Below are positions 50,312 to 59,722 of a stretch of DNA of 64,000 nucleotides, in pieces (the stretch's first letter is position 1; every line of letters starts with the position of its first letter). The translations under genes were made by a program, and so were the position numbers. A model generated the notes under the pieces. It made no database searches, was not told the DNA's origin, and worked only from the letters and a program-made list of their open reading frames with translations. This DNA is from an uncultured Cytophagales bacterium (GTDB lineage Bacteria; Bacteroidota; Bacteroidia; Cytophagales; Cyclobacteriaceae): positions 1,870,810-1,934,809 of the forward strand of contig CAWDNW010000001.1 in the NCBI GenBank assembly GCA_963803685.1, written 5' to 3'.

Positions 50312-51160
50312 CTATTTTAATTGATTTACTTCTCTTAAAACTTGTTTATTTATCTTTTTCCTTTCTTTATCGAAGAACCATCCATATTTGTTAAAATAAT
50401 AAATAACAGATTTCATATGTATTAGCAACAACTTTAAATTTCTAAACGACTCTTTATTGTGTTCATGCACAGCGACAACATTTGGGTAAAACAATGTTTG
50501 ATACGTCCTGTGAATTCTCCTGGATAAATCTCCATCTTCCAAATACATAAAAATATTCTCATCAAAGCCACCTACTTCTTTAATGACAGAGGTTCTTAAA
50601 AACATGAAGCATCCTGAAAGATAAGGAATATTTGCTGTCTTATTATAATCAAAATACCTTAGCTCAAAATTTTTCTTACTTTCAGTATCAAAAGGTATTA
50701 TAAATCTTGAAATTAAATCAATAGGTCTGGGTAAAGGCTTACACAAATATTGAATGGATCCATCTGGGTATAAAATTTTGGGCATTAATAGACCTACTGA
50801 TTTTTCCTTTTGCATGAAATAAAAAATCTCTTTTAAAATAGAACCTTCGAAGTAAACATCAGGATTTAATACCAGGTGATAATTGGATATTTGAGGGGAC
50901 TTTAGAAGAATCTGGTTATGTGCTTTTCCGAAACCTAGATTTTCATTATTAAAAATATATTCTACTCTTTCATCTTGTACAAAATAATCTTTAAGCTCAT
51001 CAGATGGTGAGTTATCAATGAGATATAATCTCACATTTAAATCTGTATCTAAAAAACTCTTTATTGTGAGTCCTAAAGTTTTTGGATCATTCTTGTAAAG
51101 AACGATTGAGGCTGTAATATCATATTTATTGCTTACACTCATTTTATCGAACAATTTCAT
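50312..51160 (-). CDS. Family-2 glycosyltransferase
   Basis: 282 aa with ITASIVLYKN, LIDNSPSD and a later LEDGDL (DxD-like) motif. Confidence 0.8.
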   Translation of the reverse strand: MKLFDKMSVSNKYDITASIVLYKNDPKTLGLTIKSFLDTDLNVRLYLIDNSPSDELKDYFVQDERVEYIFNNENLGFGKAHNQILLKSPQISNYHLVLNPDVYFEGSILKEIFYFMQKEKSVGLLMPKILYPDGSIQYLCKPLPRPIDLISRFIIPFDTESKKNFELRYFDYNKTANIPYLSGCFMFLRTSVIKEVGGFDENIFMYLEDGDLSRRIHRTYQTLFYPNVVAVHEHNKESFRNLKLLLIHMKSVIYYFNKYGWFFDKERKKINKQVLREVNQLK

Positions 51161-51507
51161 TTATATAGTAAGACTTGTAACGGGTACCATGAACTGCCTT
51201 GCGTTTTACATCTTTGGAGCAGTAAAAAAGACAAATTTTCTTAATTTAAATAATGCTTTACACATCATTTCTGTGAGTTATTAAAGATATCCATTTGCCT
51301 TTTTGAATATCTACAACGCACGTTATCTCAATTAAAACTAATTACACTTGGAGTTAAGCCTTTAAAATAGGAAAAAAGCAAGACTTAAACTAAGCTACTA
51401 CCTTTTTGCAACAATGCAAATTTAATAAAAAGTTGTTACTCTTCTCAATATAAAAAATACTTAATGATAAGTTTATATACTTTGGAATTTATTGCTGAGA
51501 GCCTTCA

Positions 51508-53256
51508 TTAAATGTTGTCTTTACTATTTTTATAGACTATAAATGAATAAAAAAAAGCAAATGGAACGACACCCTTAGCAGAATTTAAGAGCAAGTCAAA
51601 TGACATAAATACTAGGGATCCAAGTAAAAAGAAAAAAAGCAAGCTATTTTTTTGCTGAAGAGATTTAAAAAGGACTAGACTCATAATTGCAACAAAAGCA
51701 ATTAGTAATGGCAAGCCAAAATTTAATGCTATAAATAAATGTTGATTGTGAGGGTGCCCATATGATTTTAATGCCTCAATTCCCTCAGCTGATAAGTATT
51801 CTTGGTAGTAACTTCTGAATTCACCATAATCAATGCCCGTCCATGGATTTTCCCTTATTAGATCAGTACTAAATTTCCATAAATGAAACCGTGAAGGATC
51901 CAAATCAGCAAGAAATAATTTATATAAAAAAATATGTAAAAAAATACCTATCAACAAAATTATAGCTACAATATAGTTTTTTTTCAGAACCAAAATATTA
52001 CAATTACTCTTTTCAAAAACTAAGAATAAAAATAAAACTACAAATAATAAGACTGATACTCTAGATCCAATAAGGACCATTAAGAGGAGATAAATTGCTA
52101 ACCATATAAAACATTTAATTAAGGATTTATTGCTGTCAATTGTATTTTTGATCGAAAATAGCAGGCCAATAAACACACCGTAACTTAAAAAGGATGGATG
52201 CAGTGTATTATCAATCCAATCCAAAGCGGAACTTTTTAAATAGGCTGCATTATGATAAAATTCTAAAATACTTAATTTTGATTCAATTAAAACTAAGGAG
52301 ACAGAAGTACAGACTATTAAAATAATCGTATAAGAAACTACCTCAAAAATCTGTTCTGTTCTACAAATATCATTTTCGGAGAGTTTAAGAAAATAGAAAA
52401 TCAAAGGAAATAGAATCAATGTAGCTTGATATTCCAATAATTTCATTATCGATAAATCACCAGTTAGCAAGAAATAGATAATGTACAAAAAATATATCAA
52501 AGTGATAGTAAACACAACCTTACTTCCTTTTTTAATTAAGCCATTTTTGAATATATAGACAACACTTATAATTGATAAAAATGCTGATGACCAACTCAGT
52601 AAGGTCTTATCCAAGAAAATAGTTAATGTAAATAAACCAGTAATTAAAATCCAATAAAAATTATCTGATTCTTTTACTGCTCTCCATATGATGATAGCTA
52701 CAAGGCATAATAAAACAAAATTTAGAAAAGACTCCCTTTCTATACCCCCTAAATAGAAATGCCCTATTTTTCTTATTGGTGACAGAACTACAAAATGATC
52801 GGCATCTGGCTCTAAACTTGAGGGTATAAATCTTAGTCCTAATTTCGTGTTTTCGTACTCAACCTGATAAGACTTTTCAATAAACTTATGAATTTCTTCA
52901 CCAGCTATTTTAATAGTTTCACCTTCAGATTTAAGTATAATATCTTGTATAAAAATTTCGGATTCTGCATGTTTAAATTCAGGGTCCAATCTTATGTAGT
53001 TAATATTATCCTGATTTAATTCTAAGCTGACCTGATAAGTGTTCTTTGCTATTAAACGAGCTACTTTTCTATTAAAACTTTCCCTTCCAAAAACTGCTGA
53101 GGATGAGTAATAAAAAGAAAAATTAATTGGCCCATTTTCACTCAGATAAGAAACATCAATTGATGTTAGATCGGAAAATCTATTATTAACCGATTTATCA
53201 ATCAGAATCCAAATGGCAATTGCAGTAAAGTATAAAAGTATTACCCTTTTAAGCAT
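51508..53256 (-). CDS. O-antigen ligase/polymerase-like (Wzy_C-type) membrane protein with an extra ~170-aa N-terminal non-membrane domain
   Basis: 582 aa with one N-terminal TM helix, a soluble domain, about 10 TM helices and a large loop (SYGHPHNQHLFIAL) as in Wzy_C proteins. Confidence 0.6.
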   Translation of the reverse strand: MLKRVILLYFTAIAIWILIDKSVNNRFSDLTSIDVSYLSENGPINFSFYYSSSAVFGRESFNRKVARLIAKNTYQVSLELNQDNINYIRLDPEFKHAESEIFIQDIILKSEGETIKIAGEEIHKFIEKSYQVEYENTKLGLRFIPSSLEPDADHFVVLSPIRKIGHFYLGGIERESFLNFVLLCLVAIIIWRAVKESDNFYWILITGLFTLTIFLDKTLLSWSSAFLSIISVVYIFKNGLIKKGSKVVFTITLIYFLYIIYFLLTGDLSIMKLLEYQATLILFPLIFYFLKLSENDICRTEQIFEVVSYTIILIVCTSVSLVLIESKLSILEFYHNAAYLKSSALDWIDNTLHPSFLSYGVFIGLLFSIKNTIDSNKSLIKCFIWLAIYLLLMVLIGSRVSVLLFVVLFLFLVFEKSNCNILVLKKNYIVAIILLIGIFLHIFLYKLFLADLDPSRFHLWKFSTDLIRENPWTGIDYGEFRSYYQEYLSAEGIEALKSYGHPHNQHLFIALNFGLPLLIAFVAIMSLVLFKSLQQKNSLLFFFLLGSLVFMSFDLLLNSAKGVVPFAFFYSFIVYKNSKDNI

Positions 53257-53656
53257 TTTATAAGATCGTATACAAGCGCAAAATAGAACTCGACAGTAGA
53301 GAGCATCAGTAACAGAGCAAAACTGTTTTTTTAGAATTGCTAAAAATAAGATTTCTTATTGTAACATCAACCATCAGAAGGAACAAGTCCTTAAAACTTT
53401 AAGGTATCTAGAGGGATCCCTCTGAGTTTTTTACCAAAACTGAATTTTATTTCCAGAACGGGATGACGTTAAAAACAACTGACTTATTTTCAAGGATTAG
53501 TACCACTCTGTGCAACAGAGCAAAAATTATCTACATTTTTAACAGTGAGGAAATCGCCTCCCTGATCTTGAATCGCTTTACAGCTTCAGTAAAGCTAAGA
53601 TGACAAAAAAATCTGCAGACCTGATTAAAAGTAATGAGGATTCTAATTTATGCTAT

Positions 53657-54472
53657 TTACTTTTTTCTATCGTAATAGTGTTTTGTAGCAACAATCCCCT
53701 TTTTAAATATTTTGCGGAGCAAATTTCTAAAGGCTGAATCTGCTCTAAGAATCACATCTTTCACCTTCTCCTCCGGTCTACCATAAAACGAAGTAACATG
53801 GAAATATTCATTTTCTTCGGCTGGCAATTTCGAAAAATAATAATTTGAAACACAGCATCTACTTCTGTCAACTATAACTTTACTTACTGAATGATATGAC
53901 GACTGATTCGTTATCATTACCACTAATCTATTAAATTTGCTGTGGATAGTCCTCCCTGGCTTACTCACACCCTCATCCCAAAGTTCCAAATTACCTCCAA
54001 ATTTCTCCTCCCAATCTGGAGACACATAATAGAGTAAATTTAAAACACGATAGTTTTCCCTTTCCTTATCATGAGAATTATCTAGGTGGGGATTTAAGAA
54101 ATTACCTTCAGACATAAGACTAAGCCCACCTGCATAGAGCTTATCATCAGGAATAAGGTCTTTTAATCCAGTAATCTCCTCAATGGCTTTGACTATGCGG
54201 CTATCTTGAAAAGCATAAATTACTTCTTCTAATATTGGATCGTAATTATCCATTTGCACGGCAATGTTTTTGTATTCTCTGAGTGACTTTTTGGATTTCA
54301 TATCTTCTTTTTTAGGAAAAGCCGCATGAATTTTCCTAGCAATATTTGTATCCAACACATCATCCAAAAAGAAAGTGTTGATCTGCTTTGGCTTATGAAA
54401 TTCATTTTTCATGTACACTTTTTTCTGTACCAAACTTTCTAAAATCTGATCAGCTAACTGTGTGTGATTCAT
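53657..54472 (-). CDS. 2OG-Fe(II) oxygenase (prolyl-hydroxylase-like fold), stand-alone in the glycan locus
   Basis: 271 aa with HxD (NPHLDNSH), a distal His (SSYHSVSKV) and a following Arg (DRSRC). Confidence 0.65.
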   Translation of the reverse strand: MNHTQLADQILESLVQKKVYMKNEFHKPKQINTFFLDDVLDTNIARKIHAAFPKKEDMKSKKSLREYKNIAVQMDNYDPILEEVIYAFQDSRIVKAIEEITGLKDLIPDDKLYAGGLSLMSEGNFLNPHLDNSHDKERENYRVLNLLYYVSPDWEEKFGGNLELWDEGVSKPGRTIHSKFNRLVVMITNQSSYHSVSKVIVDRSRCCVSNYYFSKLPAEENEYFHVTSFYGRPEEKVKDVILRADSAFRNLLRKIFKKGIVATKHYYDRKK

Positions 54473-54824
54473 TTTATATTAACTTGATTTACTGTAAAAA
54501 TAATAAATAGTATCTCGCCGAAAATTGAAAGATTAAAAATAAATTGCTTTTAGCAAATTCTTTCAGTTTTTTAGCAGGTAAATTTAAGCTTTCTGTAGCG
54601 AAATAGTATAAGAAAATTTACTCTCTTCATTTCTTTTAAGCAGCTGTTCTCAGCAAGAATCAATTCGGAACAAGCAAACGTAATAAAATGGTTCATCCCT
54701 TGAGAGTTTAGTGGCCAGTCCTATAGCATCTCAGAACATTAGCAATCTCTTTTGCCGCTAAAATGATCAAAGAGCTTAAATACTAAAAGTATAGATAAGC
54801 TGTACTAAAAATGAGACACCCTTC

Positions 54825-55991
54825 TTATTTTTTACCGCCGGCTATTTTTAACAATTTTTCAATCCAAAGATCTGTAGAAATAAACTTTTTGAATCTTTTA
54901 TAGCTTAAATCTTTATATCTGTTGCAAAACGTCTCATTTTTAACAATTTCCTTTAAGTTATTAAATGCTGAGTCCACATTGTCTGGCTCATAATAGCAAC
55001 CTGCATTCCCGCAAATAATTTGCGCATATGGCAATCTTGGAACAAGCATGGGGAGGCCAAAATACATACCTTCTATTAAGCTGTTACCGAAGGTTTCTTC
55101 TGACGAAGGGAAAATTATGCCTTTAGATTTCTTGTATACTTTATTAAGATCAGCTTGAGGCATTTCACCTAAGTTTTCAATTACATCTTTAAGATGAGTA
55201 TTATTTATTTCATTTAAAATGTTTATAATTATCTGTTTTTCTTCTTTTCTGTAATACCGCGGATCTGGTGCAATGGTCACCTTTATTTTAATCTTTAAAT
55301 CTTTTAGTTCTTGGTAATACTTTTTACTTAACTCTATTAAAAACCTATGATTCTTATGACGGTAAAATCTACTGGGATAAAAAAAGACCGATGAATTGGA
55401 AATACTTTCAACTGATGTCTTTTTTATGCCATTATTTACAAAAGTGCTGCTTAAGGGGTTAGGAAGTATACTTATGGAGTACTTTTTCCCAAAAGCTTTA
55501 ATAAAAAGATCACGCATATACTCACTCTGAACTATCACTTCATCTGTGGTTAAAAGAGTACCCTTCAATACCCCTCTTGCCAAGTACTCATTAATTTTAG
55601 CTTTAAAACTTATATTCTTGAACAAATTATCATTTAACAGGTAAGGGTGTCTGATTAAAATTATTTTCTTTCTAAATATGATAGGAAAAGGAAAATAATT
55701 GGCTAGAGAGACAACAGCGGTAGGGTTTGTGAAAAGGACTAAAGTGGGTATAAAAATAAAATCAGTTAAAAAGCGATACAGGTAGCGCAGAAATATATTT
55801 CGTGAATAGGGAAAGAAATAAATCTTCAGATTTTTGCTTGATGTATCTTTGTACTCATGAAATTCACTGCTATCAGGCAGAGTTATGATAAAGTTGTTTT
55901 CTTTCATCTTTCTTAACTCGGCGATCAAATTCTGAGTCTGAGTAGTTATACCTGCACTATTTATATTATGGGCTGCTAAGAATATTTTCAT
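54825..55991 (-). CDS. GT-B glycosyltransferase (GT4/'group 1' type)
   Basis: 388 aa with a C-terminal EETFGNSLIEGMYFGLP (the E-x7-E region). Confidence 0.8.
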   Translation of the reverse strand: MKIFLAAHNINSAGITTQTQNLIAELRKMKENNFIITLPDSSEFHEYKDTSSKNLKIYFFPYSRNIFLRYLYRFLTDFIFIPTLVLFTNPTAVVSLANYFPFPIIFRKKIILIRHPYLLNDNLFKNISFKAKINEYLARGVLKGTLLTTDEVIVQSEYMRDLFIKAFGKKYSISILPNPLSSTFVNNGIKKTSVESISNSSVFFYPSRFYRHKNHRFLIELSKKYYQELKDLKIKIKVTIAPDPRYYRKEEKQIIINILNEINNTHLKDVIENLGEMPQADLNKVYKKSKGIIFPSSEETFGNSLIEGMYFGLPMLVPRLPYAQIICGNAGCYYEPDNVDSAFNNLKEIVKNETFCNRYKDLSYKRFKKFISTDLWIEKLLKIAGGKK

Positions 55992-57178
55992 GTATTAATT
56001 TCTAACTTCAAAGTTCCAAATATTAAAATAAACATAAAGTTGTAAGGCATTAAAAAGCTGCCATAGGATAACATAATTACTAGAAGGAATAGAGATAAAT
56101 TGTAAAGGTATTTATTTTTTGATCGCAAAGCTTCCTGTTGTATTGCATATGCAAAGGCAATAAACAAAAAAAATGAAATTCCAATTCTGGCCAACCATAA
56201 TGTAAAAAAAGACTCGGAACCTTCAAATTCCTTCCTTCCGAAAAGATCCTTTTCCACGTGATCCGTGATGTCAAAACTACCAACTCCTGCTACAGGGTTG
56301 ATTAAAAAAATATCAAAATGCTGTTCCCAAAGCCACACTCTATAATTAGTTTTTTCTTCTTTCACTTTTTGATTATTTTGAAATGAACTTTTTAAAATTA
56401 AAGAATCTATAAAGGTCGAATTTAGCTGCTGGAGCCTTGAGGCCAAATTGAAATTAACTATTAAAACAAAAAGTATGAATAATAAAGAATTGAAAACAAG
56501 GTAAAATTTCCTGTATCTAAAGCCAATAAAAGATTTGACTATATTAAAAACTAAAAACAGACCAGCAAGAAGAATAGCAGATCTAATGCCACTTAATATC
56601 AAAAAATAAATACCTAATATATAGAAGATATATCTGGTGATACCTTTATTATAATAAAAATTTATAACAATTATCAACATAGAAAAGTATCCACTAGATG
56701 GCGTAGTTGGAAATATAGAGATTTTCCATGCCGGTTCTGAACCAATTGGATCATGCAAAAAAGGGATGTAACCAAATCTGCTTAATCCTGAGTGAAAACT
56801 AATAATTGAAAGAAATATTGCGATTAAATATAGCTTGTTAAGAAAAGAAACGGTCAACTTAACTCTAGACTCGATAATTATAATAATAGTAACAATTAAT
56901 ATAAATAAATTATAAATTGTGGCATAATCAAAACGAAATAATGAAATGGTGATACCTAAGAAAAGAAGCATGATCAGGTGAACACTTTTTCTCGAATAAA
57001 AAAACTTTAGAATTAAAGGAAAATTTAGAGCAATGAAACCTAGCACAGGTAAAACTATTGCAAAATACAAAATAGAGAATTTATCCCACTTGGCTTCACT
57101 TACGAAAAACTGAAGAAGTAAATAGTAAACCAGGTAAATTTTATATGTTAAATCCGAATAAGCAACTTCTTTCTTCAC
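55988..57178 (-). CDS. O-antigen polymerase-like (Wzy) membrane protein
   Basis: 396 aa, very hydrophobic, with about 10 TM helices and one larger loop. It overlaps the downstream GT by 4 nt. Confidence 0.6.
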   Translation of the reverse strand: MKKEVAYSDLTYKIYLVYYLLLQFFVSEAKWDKFSILYFAIVLPVLGFIALNFPLILKFFYSRKSVHLIMLLFLGITISLFRFDYATIYNLFILIVTIIIIIESRVKLTVSFLNKLYLIAIFLSIISFHSGLSRFGYIPFLHDPIGSEPAWKISIFPTTPSSGYFSMLIIVINFYYNKGITRYIFYILGIYFLILSGIRSAILLAGLFLVFNIVKSFIGFRYRKFYLVFNSLLFILFVLIVNFNLASRLQQLNSTFIDSLILKSSFQNNQKVKEEKTNYRVWLWEQHFDIFLINPVAGVGSFDITDHVEKDLFGRKEFEGSESFFTLWLARIGISFFLFIAFAYAIQQEALRSKNKYLYNLSLFLLVIMLSYGSFLMPYNFMFILIFGTLKLEINT

Positions 57179-57426
57179 TTAAGATTATATATTTTTCACG
57201 ATTATTAAATTTAATGGCCGCTTTTAAAATCTTCAAAACTATTAAAAAATTAGTTTTTAGGATTAGAACCATTTTTCTTAACTCAACACTTTCAATTATA
57301 GATCCTAAATAAAAAAATCGGTATACAGTACTATAATTTATCTTATCACATAAAATGTCAAAAAGGTTAGAATTAATTGCCTCTAAAAAATATTGAGTTT
57401 ATTGTAAATGCATTGCAAAGATACAA

Positions 57427-58677
57427 TCAATATTTTTTAAACCTCCAAGGCATAGGATAAATCTTGTTTGAAAGATACCAAGTCACAATCCATTGTAAAA
57501 AGAAAGAAAGCAATGTTGCTTGAGCTGCTCCTATAGCCCCATTTAACTTGATAAGAATATAGTTAGCTATTAAATTAATAACTGCTGTAAACAATGTAGA
57601 CAGAGCAATTATTTTTGTGCGTTCTGAAAAATAGTAATAGGTTGAAATTATTGTGAACATGCTATTGAAAGCATATCCTAAACTAACATATAAAATGTAC
57701 TTTGAAGATTCCTGAAATTGGTCACCTAAAAAGTATTCTACGAAATAAGGGGCAAACAAACCCATTAAAATTGCAAATATTAATATAAAACCGAAGTAAT
57801 AATAGGTATACAATACTATTTTACGATTTCTTTTAGTTTCCTTGTAATTTAATTCTTTAAAAATGAAGGGCTGCCATACTTTATTGAATGCAGCACCAAC
57901 TACTATCACAATCATTCCTAATTGGTAACCCACAGTATAAATTCCTAATTCATGTTTCCCAATCATATTTAATATAAAAATACGGTCTGAAGCGTTTATC
58001 ACAAATGCACTAAGTAGATGAGGGACAATTGGTAAGGAAAATTTGTTTAAGATTTTAAAATAACGGTTATCAAAAATAAGGGAAACTAAATTATCTTGTT
58101 TCAGCCAAAGGAAAGAAGCAATACCACAGATGCTCCAAGCTAAAACTCTTCCAATTACCCGACCTTTCCAATCGAAATCTAATGCCAAAATTAAAATTAA
58201 GGTAAACCCGATATCAAGAATTGATAAAATAATATTAAATATCCCTAACTGAGAAAATTTATTAAAGATTTTGAGATTACTTAATCTATGGATGACGAAA
58301 GTTTCTGATAAACTAAAAAGAGATGCTAATAATATCCATTCATAAGTTAGCCCAATATTTAAGATAGATGAGTAATTTAGTAACAAGAGGACACTTGTCC
58401 AAAGGAATACCATACCTGATGAAACTATTAGGGCAGTACCTCGAAGTTTTTTAATATTTAAGGTACTTTTAGTATCAAAAAACTTTTTTTCGATAGCCGT
58501 ATTGTATCCGAGATGTATAAGAGGAGTTAATATTGCGGTAATTATTTGAAAAATGGAAATGTAACCATAATCTGAAGGAGTTAGTACTCTGGTTAAAACA
58601 GGTTGCAATAAGAAGGGGATACCACTTGAAATTATTGAACTGACTAAAAGAATTGAACTATTCTTGATTATTTTCAC
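57427..58677 (-). CDS. wzx: Oligosaccharide flippase (Wzx / polysaccharide biosynthesis protein, MOP superfamily)
   Basis: 416 aa with 12 predicted TM helices and an N-terminus KNSSILLVSSIISSGIPFLLQPVLTRVLTPSDYG typical of Wzx. Confidence 0.8.
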   Translation of the reverse strand: MKIIKNSSILLVSSIISSGIPFLLQPVLTRVLTPSDYGYISIFQIITAILTPLIHLGYNTAIEKKFFDTKSTLNIKKLRGTALIVSSGMVFLWTSVLLLLNYSSILNIGLTYEWILLASLFSLSETFVIHRLSNLKIFNKFSQLGIFNIILSILDIGFTLILILALDFDWKGRVIGRVLAWSICGIASFLWLKQDNLVSLIFDNRYFKILNKFSLPIVPHLLSAFVINASDRIFILNMIGKHELGIYTVGYQLGMIVIVVGAAFNKVWQPFIFKELNYKETKRNRKIVLYTYYYFGFILIFAILMGLFAPYFVEYFLGDQFQESSKYILYVSLGYAFNSMFTIISTYYYFSERTKIIALSTLFTAVINLIANYILIKLNGAIGAAQATLLSFFLQWIVTWYLSNKIYPMPWRFKKY

Positions 58678-58687
58678 CTGAATATCC

Positions 58688-59716
58688 TTAATCTATTTTT
58701 ATAACTTCAATATTAATATCAATATAATTTTGATAGATATCTTCAATTACATTTATTGGTAATTTGTCAAACACAGATGGTGAGATATAAAAGGATATTT
58801 GGCGTACATCCCCTTGGAATAAAATATTTAAAGAATTAACAGCAGATGAAAAAAATGTACCCACCAATTTTGGTTTAACCTTTCTTTTCAATAGATACAA
58901 TTCAACAGGCAAATCTATATGGTCAATAGTTAAACCTAAGTCTTTTTGTAAACTTCCTAATTTTTCTAAAGCCTCCCCTCTGTGCGGAAGATAAACTATA
59001 TTTTTAGAGATATTTTTTTCTAAGTAGTGCAAAGCAAACTCTAACTTATCTTTATATTGCCTGTAACTTAAGTATTTTTTTTCAACAAATTTATTCCCCA
59101 AGAATATGATATCATTCCCTTGTACTTTTGCTTGATTTAGCATTTTGGTTAAACGAAGTTCATTTTCTATTACTAAAGTTTTATGATTATTTCCTTTAAA
59201 TAAGTATGCATAATATGTAAAGAATCCAATCGATTTGTACTCTCTCACATTTAGACCAAATAAGGAGTAAACTAAAAAGCGTATCGAGAAAGAGTACTTC
59301 TGTTTATGCTTAGCTAATTGTTGTGTGGCAATCGCGATAGATCCATTCCCATCATCCAACAAAATAATTGTTTTAGCGTTGATTTGATTTGCTATTGCTC
59401 GAATTTCAAAGGCGTTATATTCTCCAATGAAAATTTGCGATATCAAATAATTTTTAAATTTAGCAGATACTGTTCTTACTATTCCTCGAATTTTTAATAA
59501 TTGCGAAATCTTATTTTTAGGTTTATAATTAAAAAATTCTACATTATCCCATTTATATATTTCTAAGGTGTGCTTTAATTGTTGAAGATTTCTCTCACCA
59601 AAAAAATTAATGATCAATAGATGAGAATCATCCTCCTCTATATTTAATTGATGTTTAGCCTCTGAAGCATTAACTAATTGCAAAGGAGAACCTATGATAA
59701 ATAAATTCATAATCAA
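58688..59716 (-). CDS. Putative nonulosonic-acid (pseudaminic acid) transferase, GT52 / bacterial-sialyltransferase-like
   Basis: 342 aa. The N-terminus NLFIIGSPLQLVNASE resembles the GT52 start, a DDG motif (LLDDGNGS) lies about 124 aa before YLPHRGE, and LPVELYLL and FFSSAVNSL follow. It sits next to pseI. Confidence 0.45.
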   Translation of the reverse strand: MIMNLFIIGSPLQLVNASEAKHQLNIEEDDSHLLIINFFGERNLQQLKHTLEIYKWDNVEFFNYKPKNKISQLLKIRGIVRTVSAKFKNYLISQIFIGEYNAFEIRAIANQINAKTIILLDDGNGSIAIATQQLAKHKQKYSFSIRFLVYSLFGLNVREYKSIGFFTYYAYLFKGNNHKTLVIENELRLTKMLNQAKVQGNDIIFLGNKFVEKKYLSYRQYKDKLEFALHYLEKNISKNIVYLPHRGEALEKLGSLQKDLGLTIDHIDLPVELYLLKRKVKPKLVGTFFSSAVNSLNILFQGDVRQISFYISPSVFDKLPINVIEDIYQNYIDINIEVIKID

Positions 59717-59722
59717 TTAATA

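Noticed and set aside
53463-53603. 46-aa plus-strand ORF (MTLKTTDLFSRISTTLCNRAKIIYIFNSEE...) and similar 40-45-aa ORFs in the glycan-locus gaps (about 54583-54708 minus; about 57140-57275 minus)
   Set aside because: They show no recognisable family, no coding-like composition and no conservation evidence. ORFs of this length are expected by chance in 350-400 bp of AT-rich DNA.
54473-54824. Invertible-promoter (phase-variation) element in the glycan-locus gaps
   Set aside because: I looked for flanking inverted repeats like those of Bacteroides capsule promoters. I found only an 8/10 match (CTGTTCTCAG against CTCAGAACAT), and there is no nearby recombinase gene. The evidence is insufficient.
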